A stretch of 64,000 nucleotides of DNA, from the NCBI GenBank assembly GCA_051294905.1, contig CM119371.1, forward strand, positions 25,174,001 through 25,238,000, written 5' to 3'. Every line of letters begins with the position of its first letter. Within the stretch, counting starts at the first letter, position 1. The notes beneath the pieces are model-generated. The model did not search any database and was not told the origin of the DNA. It saw nothing but the letters and a program-made list of their open reading frames with translations. The position numbers and the translations under genes are program-made. This document shows positions 52,099 to 62,096 of this stretch, piece after piece. The DNA is from Botryllus schlosseri. Lineage: Eukaryota.

Positions 52099-54322
52099 GT
52101 TTAAAGGATATAGGCCAGGCCAAACAACTTGCAATGAACACTTACCCTTTATGTTGCCTGACAACGTGATTCTTCAGCTCCTTGAAGTTGGAAAAACGTG
52201 GATTATAGATTCTGCATTATATTATGAAATCGCAGTTGTGACGATGCAACAAGTACTTTGTTAGAGTATCCGGATCAGAACAGAAAAATGGGCATAACCA
52301 GGAATCAGGATGCAATCCGTGGTTCAGACATTAGCCAACTCAAGTTACTACATTTACAAAATAACAATAAAGCTGCGTCAATAGAAGGGGTAAAATCAAT
52401 ATTGGAAATTCATTTATGATTTCATTTTCTAATGCAAACGATTTTGATAATATCTTACATAATGTAGCGCCGTCACATAATGTAACGCCGTCGTAGCCTA
52501 TAACTGTTTATGCCAGGAATTTGCACCAGATTTTACTGTACAATTTTGCACTCTGCCGATTGCTACAAAGGACAGCGATGCCATGAGCTGCACTGTTACC
52601 ACGCAGTATGACGCAAAATTCAAGAACAGCTGCACTATATATCTGCATCTGAAAGCTTACAATGAACCAAGACGCGTTGCTGCGTCACGTTAACAAATGA
52701 CAGTCGAGCTATTGAAATGGAAGACACCATGGCATACCGTTAATATAGAGAACATATCTTAATAGCTTCCTGATGTGCGTGATGGATATTCTCAGCACTT
52801 ACCTTTCAATAAGTCGACATGTCTCTATTCTATGCCGTTTCCTACCAAAACTTGAGCCAATTCGGAATCCATCACCAACCACCTCACAATTCGACACTCG
52901 TGGAAGATGTGACACAAAATGCGGTCAACGCTCTCTGAATTCCCGCGCCAGACACACCATCGACCGCGAGATACCGCATTTCGTTTGTGAGTTTATATTA
53001 GGAGACAAGAGGAGAATGAGGAATGAGCACGAGTTATGCCACTCACGCGAGAAAACACCTCGCTCTCTCGCTGGAACGGTGTTTACTTCAATATTACGCA
53101 ACTAGATAATCGGGAAAAAGTCATATTGTGTTCAAGCGTAACGCTTGGAATCTAGAGTGAGTACGATCCAAATTGACCAGTATAGTGTACAGTGGTACAG
53201 TGTCGTTTCGGGATTCCATCGTAATATCCATCGACTGCAGCATCAAAATAAAATATGCTGACGTATTTAAGCATCCATACCAGCAGATTACACTGCATAT
53301 ACTTCTGGTTGTATTTGTAACAAAAGTCATTTTTAAACAAACATGTTCAGAACATAGCCCTTGTTTAAAACATGTCCTTTATTGTGTATTTTGTGTATGT
53401 AATTCTGACGTCACAGAGCAATGACATTTACAATTGAAATTATAGGGTAAATATGACTTCCTTCACGAAAAAGGCTTCCGATCCGTGTCATAAACGAATC
53501 AAAATATCTTTCCACGGGACTTAATCGTTTTGCGACATTTTTACGGTCGGCTGTCATCATCATCAGTACAGCCATTCCCTACCATTGATATATGTTTACG
53601 TGCTGTAATCGTTGAACCGACGACGATTCCGCGGGTTTCAACCATTCCATATCGTATTTGTCGACTATATCGGGTGCAAGTCGTCCCGAGGCTAGTACTA
53701 CATGTTATACGAAAGAATTTACACAATTATGACACAATCATAAGTTTGAAAACAAAAAACATTTTTAAACGCATTATTTAAAACACCGTTTATAACATGT
53801 TTAAAACTAAGTGTTTTAAAACACAATTGGTTTAAAATCCAACCGTACATTAACTTCTCGAGTTTTTGTTTGCTAAGCCGCCTTGAATACCAGCATGACA
53901 GACTTAGCTATGCAACCTTTCCTGATCTTGGCGTATTATAAGTATAAAAATATCGTATTCTGCTAATGTACTTGTCATGATGAGTGAGATGAATTCTTCA
54001 ACTAAACTTTAAAAAGTGGAGGAAGTTAGTTAACTATCATTTGAGTCACAATTTTATTGATCTAGAAATTAAAACACTAGGATGTTCACTGTTCCGTGAC
54101 CTTTTATGTGTCCTGTAAAACTGTTACTTGACCTCGGAGAGGTTCAAGGTAGCCAATCGCCTGGTAGGGAAAACTTCCAAGGTTCGATTGCGAGCAAAAA
54201 TCTCTGAACATCGAGGCGCACGGGACATGCACTATCGTGCTTTGTGACCATGTGTATTAATGATCAAATAGATGATGTTTTGTTGATTGACCTACTGAAG
54301 TCGATTTAAAAGTCGTCTGTAC

Positions 54323-54413
54323 CTGCATAACTTCACTCCGTCGCAAAATCTTGAAGCATGAATGCAACCTGATCCATCGTGGCATTCGAACTCTCGCTGG
54401 GAACAGTTCATTC
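54323..54413 (-). CDS. 91-nt LDLa exon (MNCSQREFECHDGSGCIHASRFCDGVKLC)
   Basis: Canonical LDLa N-half (C..EFEC.DG..CI...FCDG...C); aatag| acceptor and |gtacag donor. Confidence 0.8.
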
Positions 54414-56181
54414 CTATTATAATAGCAGCAGTTAATTACAGTTTGAAATATCGATTTTCGTCGCTTCAATATTTTAGTTGAATTGATTGATTTACAGATC
54501 ACTGAGTTTTTGACTGAACTTAGCTATTCCCTGTAAATAATTGAGGCTTGTCCAGGGAACGTTATCATTTGTATTAAAGGATGACTGATGTCGTGAGTTC
54601 TCTCATTTTGTTTTCTGTCCTAACTTCACTTATTTACATTCAGTTTACCGTCACTCACTAACCAAGCAAATCTAGTCCATGAAGCAGGTTCGTTGAACAG
54701 ACGTAGACAGACATGATTATTTTGATAAGTGCCAAAAATAATATTATCAGCCTGATATAGTGGAGGGAAATGAAAGAGATGAAGAAATGCATTGAACTGT
54801 ACGAAAACTGTCATGTCGCGGAGCACAAAGCCCTAAACAAACCAAAAGAAACACTGTTGTGTGAAATAATAATAATGATATTATTACCTCAATATTTTAA
54901 TCTGCGTTAAATTAATTTAGCATGGGTCGCAGCTTAAACTAAATTTGTTAGTGGCAGTGGTGCAATTGAAATGTTGCATACATAATTAAAAATAGTTGTA
55001 CTCTTATGACGCATCCGCATCTAAATTGCTGCAATGGTTGTATTGTCATATGTGTTAGGCATAATTTCAAGGAATCAAAATTAACTTAATCGCCGAAAAT
55101 CAAGAATAAGTTTTCCATGTAATCGTAATCGTACTCCTAATCTCATGTTTCGGAATTAAAATTGGTCGCAATCCATGGCATTGAAACAGATAGCACCATG
55201 TCTGCTACTGAATATTTGTAGCGATACAAATGCTAGTAGTTGTCTCAAATGAGCTTTGCAAGTGTTTAATATTCACCCTCTCTGCATAATCTATTCCTGT
55301 CGCGTTCTAGGTACTGCGGTAGAATACAAACTGGTGACAGGCCGTGCGATGCGGTTTTCCGTCGGCATATCATTGCATTGTGATACGTCGTATTGTGTGG
55401 TTCGTCTGATCCATCGCTGGGAAAATAAAACCACTTAAATGATACGTACTTGACCACAAAACTACCAAAAATATTTGTGGCATCAACTTTGGTATATGTG
55501 TTTTCATGCGTCGATTTTTCGTTGTTGTCATAATGCGATGTTTGACTCTATAATACTTTGCCGGTGATTGATCATACAGCATGTGACATTCGCGTGTTTA
55601 CTTACAGGCATCGTTTAAAATTGCAGTCATATAATTGTTGCCAAAAATAGTAGCAAGGTATGTGTCGTAGATAAAACAACGTTCGTGCTGTCACGGCGAA
55701 TATAACTATATGTATGATACGTCGTAAAATAAGTAATATAACAATATATTAAATGTAGGGCGTGTAGTTGTTTTATTATCCTACATTCTCATTTTGGAAC
55801 GTCAAGAGGGCGACGTTCTTATATCGTCGAAGTATTATTACAAATTGTATAACATGAAAAAAGTTCACAGTGGAGAACCTGCTAAAGGTTCGTTTGTGAT
55901 CGAAAACCTCCAAGTTTCTGCCTTCACACACAGAACGGGAATGCAACCAGAGTAGCCACATGTCCATTGTACATTACCGCAGCCGATCGTACTGACTACT
56001 GACTGATTTATAACTGGAGCAGAATCATGATAAACGAGAGCTCATCCGGACCCGTATCTGTAGCAACTCAACATTCACGCCAGCTACAAAACGCTTTTTT
56101 GTGATAGCGTACATCAATTCGTTTTGGCTGTGATAATTTTAGTAAGGAAAGGGCTATGTCGGATTGTAGAGTTGTCGGTAC

Positions 56182-56272
56182 CTGCAATCTCTAGACCCAT
56201 CGCAAAAATGTGAAATATCAAGACAGTTTGTCCCGTCCCTGCATTCGAACTCGTCTTCGGAGCAGGTATTTT
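56182..56272 (-). CDS. 91-nt LDLa exon (NTCSEDEFECRDGTNCLDISHFCDGSRDC)
   Basis: Canonical LDLa N-half; aacag| acceptor and |gtaccg donor; phase 1-2. Confidence 0.8.
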
Positions 56273-56329
56273 CTGTTACAAAATTACAAATATACATCGT
56301 ATTAATTCACCTTTGATTTATCTCTAGAT

Positions 56330-58199
56330 CAGTGCTCTTCAACCGGGGTTGTCGTACACCCTAGGGTGTACCAGAATTTGCAAAGGGTGTACCACTCGGA
56401 TGGGGTGTACAGGGGTGTACCAGATCCGAATTACAATGAGCCGATTGCTAGCTATCACAAAGGCAGGTTTATGGGTCAGTACAGGTTGACGCACAGGTTA
56501 ATGAGCAATATGGTACGATGTTATCTCAAATGTAATACTATAGAAATTAAACATGGAACGGCAACGACCGATTTTGCAGCTTCGTTCCGCTTCGCCGAGG
56601 CTGGAGTGGGGAACTGTTTTGCGTAGGCGACTGTGGGATTTCTTGCAATCCAAAAGCTATCTTCCAGAGCGCAGAAACTATTGAATCTGGTCTTGATCGA
56701 AAGCTACTGTTGCACCGATTCCGAAAATACAAATTTAAATATTGATCAGGCACTGATCCACCTAGAATCTGTCCTCTAAGTCTGAAATATCGGCATTGTT
56801 CAGAACAATCGGGTAACCGCAACACAATGGCTATAACAATGACCCGTTGCAACTCTCCGATTGTTCGAACAATGCCGATATTTCAGATTGACGGACGGAT
56901 TATAGGTGGATCAGTGCCTGATCATTATTTTAATTTATATTTTCGGAATCGGTGCAACAGTAGCTTTCGCTCAATACCAGATTCAATAATTTCTGCGCTC
57001 GGGAAGATAGCTTTTGGATTGCCAGAAATCCTACAGTCGCTTACGCAAAACAATTCCTAACTCCAGCCTCGGCGAAGCGGAACGAAGCTGCAAAATCGGT
57101 CGTTGCCGTTCCATGTTTAATTTCTATTGTAATACTGTACACCGCTTGATTGTGATGTCATAAGCAAATATTTCTCCTATTCATTTAGCCGTCGGCAATA
57201 GACCAATGGTTCCTTTGGTGTTGGAAAGTATGCAGTTGACAAACATGTGTTCAGCTAGTCATTTGTCTTTTAGTGATTTTTGAGGAAACCGCCGCGATAG
57301 CTCAGACTTCTTGAATCGGTACTTCCTACCGACGTTAATAAATACCGCAAAGCACATAAATGAAGTGACGTAGCCAGCCAGGGTCGAAACAGCTTCCATG
57401 TTGAAATCGAAACCCGTTTGTTTTAAAATGCCGATTTTATGTCCAATATTTCGCCATACATTTGCAATTTATTATTTTGTTATTAGTGATGCAAATTAGC
57501 GACAATAGACTGTGTATAGCGGCATACGATCTGAGGTTACTGACATCTCTTGCAGCCCATGTGCTACTATCGACTGTGTGTGTGTGGTGTGAGGCAGGCC
57601 TGATACGCAGTAGGCTGGTGCGCCTGCTATCCTCGCTGATCTGAATTACCGCTTCTGCAGCAGTAGCTTTCCTACTCTCTCCCCAATACTGTTACATTTA
57701 GGTTGATTATCGTTCGTAATGTCATGCTGTTTTGGGGCTGACACGAAACAAATTCCAATTTGCGTGGCGGGCGGTCTAACTGACTCTGTGACCAAATACT
57801 ATTTTATTCAAATCCAATTTTTTTTACGGCAATAACTCCGCTTCTACTGGTTGGAATTGAACCAAATTTGAGGAACATCATTTTTATAGACAACCTAATA
57901 CTTTCATGGGGTGAACAGAAAAATTTCACATGGGGTGAAGAGAAAAATTTCACATTTTTCGTCGTTTATTTTTATATAATAAATAGAAACTTTCTTCTCC
58001 CGTAGCCATGCGGCTACTGGTTGGAATTGAACCAAATTTGGTGTGTAGGCTTAAGTTTGGTAAACTAACAATTTTATCAAGTAGCCAGTACGATTTGAGG
58101 AAAAACGTCATTTTTGAGGACCCCTAATGAACAGGGGTGTACGAGTTTTGAGCAAACGTTAAAAGGGTGTACCACGTCTAAAAAGGTTAAAGAGCACTG
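56330..58199. mobile_element. Charlie/Buster-type non-autonomous hAT element hosting two foldback insertions
   Basis: cagtgctcttcaacc/ggttaaagagcactg; perfect TSD ctctagat (NTCTAGAN, typical of Charlie). Confidence 0.88.
56540..57127. mobile_element. Foldback element with ~275-bp arms and a 9-bp TSD (Mutator-like)
   Basis: atagaaattaaacatggaacggcaacg.../...cgttgccgttccatgtttaatttctat; TSD tgtaatact at 56531-56539 and 57128-57136. Confidence 0.9.
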
Positions 58200-58357
58200 C
58201 TCTAGATAATGCAGCTTTTAGACTGAATCAGCTAACAATTTACTAAACCTACGAGATGATCTTATCCGTTTATAATGTAGTCATCAAACCATCGCATTGT
58301 GATAAATACACCTCAGTCAGTTATACCTAAACCATGTTTTCGTTCGTGGGTAAGGGT

Positions 58358-58623
58358 CAGAGGTGGTCAGTAACGAAGTACTTCTACTTTTTGAAGTACT
58401 TGAAGTAGATTTTGCCTACTCACACTACCCTTTAAGTAGTTACGATTTTCGACTACTTCTACTTCTACTTGACAGTTTTCAGTTTTGTAGGCAAAAATAA
58501 GCGTAAAATACCTACTTACTTACTTACTTGTGAACCACCACTTCTACTTCTACTTGAGTAGAAATACCGGCGTTACTTCTACTTCTACTTGAGTAGCGGC
58601 GATGACTACTTTGACCACCTCTG
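58358..58623. mobile_element. Short derivative of the AAGTAG hAT MITE
   Basis: TIR cagaggtggtca/tgaccacctctg; perfect TSD gtaagggt. Confidence 0.85.
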
Positions 58624-59237
58624 GTAAGGGTATGTATATCGTGCCCAGTGCGTATGTGTATTTCATGCTGCACGGGTATTTCATTTCATGCACGACAGTA
58701 CTATACATTATTGTTATTTATCTAATATATCCATGAATCAAAAAACTGTTTAAAACCCAAACTCAAAACTTATAAAGAAAAATGCGACCGGTTTTTCAAA
58801 ATCTCTCAAGTATTGAAATCCGAATGTCGACATGCTCATCAGAACACTATCTGAGAATAATTTGAGTTGAACACATTTACATTCAGTACGTATCAGAATT
58901 CAACTCTACACGGTAATGATTAGTTTAGCGAAATAACGGACTGCAGTGTATCAGCACAGGCAGGTGAAGTGAAGGTTAGAGTATTTTTCTTATACATTCG
59001 GCAGCTGAAATTAGATGTGAGTCACAACGATTTAAAAAGTTGAAGTTTGCATGTGGAAAAAAGTTATGATATTCATAATTGATATGAATGAACTATATTG
59101 GACTGCATTACGATACGGATGGAATGTAAACAAGATCAAGGCAAAGAATGTCTCTATAAAGGTGTATTGCTATAAGTTTATTTCGCGCTATCAAGAAACA
59201 ACTACTATTAAAGTTTGCTTATTCCCAATTCAATTAC

Positions 59238-59572
59238 TTGAAGAGCTTCTTGGAGGTACAGAACTTCAATATACAATTAAATAGTATATTCATATTGAAA
59301 TGAACCCGAATATTTTCGGCTGACACTCGTCAGGGCTAATCGTCAGCAACTAGTAGAGAATTGGAAAGAACATTGTATATCAACAATCGTATCACAAAAT
59401 ATAACGTCACCAGCATGAAAGAGAGAGCGTTCAATGTACTATTTTTAGGTGGTACGATTGTTGATATACAATGTTCTTTCCAATTCTTTACTAGTTGCTG
59501 ACGATCACCCTTGACGAGTGTCAGCCGAAGATATTCGGGTTCATTTCAATATGAATATACTATTTAATTGTA
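59238..59572. mobile_element. Putative Penelope-like terminal-repeat remnant with an inverted partial copy and hammerhead motifs
   Basis: 12-bp direct flank caattcaattac (59226-59237, 59573-59584); ~120-bp inverted arms; other family copies at ~44642-44859 and 49511-49548. Confidence 0.65.
59304..59347 (-). ncRNA. Minimal type-I hammerhead ribozyme-like motif
   Basis: Minus strand reads gctgacg att agcc CTGACGA g tgtcagc c GAAA atat TC gggt: full catalytic core, 1-bp helix II, palindromic helix-III loop, helix I with one mismatch. Confidence 0.6.
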
Positions 59573-59622
59573 CAATTCAATTACATATAATGCGTAAACC
59601 AGTCATAAACATGGATACCTAC

Positions 59623-59753
59623 TATCTTTACAAAGATACGGCCACTTGTGTCGGCGTTCGGTGGGAAGGATACAAAGTAGCCTCGGTTCGAACTGTCTTC
59701 TACATAAGCTTCCATTATCCCCATACGACGCATATGGTTCATCGGATCCGTCA
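59623..59753 (-). CDS. 131-nt exon (DGSDEPYASYGDNGSLCRRQFEPRLLCILPTERRHKWPYLCKD)
   Basis: gttag| acceptor and |gtaggt donor; same length and phase as 46162-46292, with clear similarity. Its partner LDLa exon was not found in the window. Confidence 0.75.
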
Positions 59754-60273
59754 CTAACAAAACATTGATTACAGATGCCACATTGACTTCTTACGTATAG
59801 GTTGATGTACGAAGATCATTGTAAATTTAAATAAGGTTTCATGTGAATCGAAAAATCACAAACTTTTCATAAAAACGGAATCCAGCGGATAAATCACCAT
59901 CGTAACATTCGTAGAAGACATTATGCAAACTTTCCCAAACGGTTTACAATGAGTTGGGGAAATTTACTTAAAGACCGGCTGCGCATAGCTCAGTCAAAGA
60001 ATAAGAATAAGAGGAAATCAAATCATTCGAATAATAATTTCCTAGAAGACAAGTTTAAGCAGCCGAAGCACCACTATGATTGTTAAAAACAATCCGGATA
60101 TAGTAATAAATGACATGTGAGGAACCTGATTGGAAGCAAATGAATTATCTCGGAAAAGCACTTGTTCCTTTATGTTCCCTCTCATCCAACAGTCCCGCCA
60201 AGTTTACACCACGGTCAAGATGATGATTAATCTCGATGATTGCTCGTTTTTTAAAGAAAATCTATCTCTATAC

Positions 60274-60861
60274 CAATGATTCCCAACTGCGGCTCCAAGC
60301 TAGCGTTCTTGCGGGTCCGATTGATCTCTAAACACGCCACAAAAGTATAAAAGACAGCTGTAGTTGAAAATCTGATATATAATTCTTGCACACTAGGGTC
60401 AAACGCATGGATGAATATCCGTCAGAAAATGACAAATATTGCGTTCTGCCGGTATTTTACTATCATCAAAATAATGACTCATAATCAAGTTAAATTGCGA
60501 TAAATCTGATATTACATAGCATCTAACCCCCTGAAACTTGTACATTAAGTGCTGAAATGTATGAAGAGCTATCACAAAACGACATTATAAAGTATGCTGT
60601 AGTGATGATATGCATTTTCAGTTCATTTCCATGCATAGCGCTCGCCAATCTGCGTTCATCAATGCTAAAATTACCGATATCTTATCTGTAGAAGTATGTG
60701 TGCAATGTGCTTGCTTTTGAATTGTCTGGATGGTGGGATACAGAGGTAGGCTAGCTGTATCTAAATATCCATTGCAAGTGCTCGAGTGTTTTCATGCGGC
60801 TTCATATGTACTCTGAAGTTTAAAATGCGGCTCCGAAATCCAGAAATGTCGGGAACCACTG
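60274..60861. mobile_element. hAT MITE
   Basis: caatgattcccaac/gtcgggaaccactg; perfect TSD ctctatac. Confidence 0.8.
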
Positions 60862-61469
60862 CTCTATACTAATTTGTTCGAACATCAATGGCATAAATTG
60901 TAAAAAATGTGCAGGAAAATGCAATAGCAGAGCGTGGCGAAGGTCACGTCACAGGAATATGACAAGGAATCAACGTTGCACCACTACTTCCGTAAATGAT
61001 GAATTTCACACTTGCCGACAAATGTTAGCCGGCCGCTGGCTATGGCAAGTTATTCATGCACTGAATATTCTGGTTCTGTCTTTGTGCACTTTTCTGTACA
61101 AGTGTAGGCCTACTCTAATACCAGATATTTACCAGCTTGTAACGCAAAGACAATGCCGCAGATGTTGTCGTTGTTGAGTATGATTTGATTGGCGATTTTA
61201 ACTGAATGGTTTTTTCGCCATTTTCGCGACGATTGTTTATGCATTAGATGACTGCATTCGTAGACGAGGGAAATCTATGATATCGTGGGTGCCGCGTATG
61301 TATTTCGCCAATTTTCCAACCAGGGTAAGACAACTCATCGCTTCAACAACAATTGTAAATTTAGGCATTGAGAGCCATTCATGCATATCGAGTGCCGAGT
61401 AAAGTGTACCCAAGAATGTTATCCGTCGCATTTCTCGATTCTTGACAGTGATCACCATTTCTGGTATGT

Positions 61470-61632
61470 TGTTGCTTGTGGTATTCATTGTGTTTGTCGA
61501 CTACTATGGTCATTTACACCAGGCTAATATTCTTCATTTCTATTCCGTAGTGGCCGACTTGTTGTACGGCCAATTTTAGGCTTTTTATAAGACACCGCTT
61601 ACACGGATGAGATGGCGAGGAGGAGCTTAGAT
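61470..61632 (-). mobile_element. 3' part of the same SINE, interrupted by a hAT MITE starting at 61633
   Basis: Reverse complement matches the SINE body and tail. Confidence 0.75.
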
Positions 61633-62096
61633 CAGGGGTGGGCAATTACTTTTCTCCGCGGGCCAAATGAGGCGTAGAAAATACGATAGCGGGCCGAGTG
61701 AAAATATTTTGCTATATTCTGCAGCGTATTTTAATATTATTTTTAAAATCCAATATTAATAAATGCTGCTCAGTGAATGTGTTGATGTTAGGTAAATAGA
61801 TACATATTATGGTTAATAAGAATATATCGATTTGCAGTCATGATTCGAAAACATGCTAACCCCGTATCTAGGGTTCTGGTTAAAATCATTTTGTCCTTGA
61901 TTAAAATCGATTTTAATCAATTAAATAATTCAAATCATGATTTTTTTATTTTCTCCGTTTTTTTACTCATAATTACAACAACACGAACAAAAGAAAATGG
62001 GATGAATGATGACCATGTCAATCAAGGTGATGACTTAAACTTTATTAATGTGAGGCTATGAATCATCATCTAGAATCTAGATAGCTGAAAACGTCC

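Noticed and set aside
50199..52930. Further exon candidates (~50199-50315, ~52146-52211, ~52803-52900)
   Set aside because: Plausible splice sites but no recognisable motif, and I could not link their phases into the gene; left uncalled.
56547..57060. Mirror-image ORFs with similar peptides (GGSVPD..FRNRCNSSFRS) on opposite strands
   Set aside because: Artefact of the foldback arms; no protein motif.
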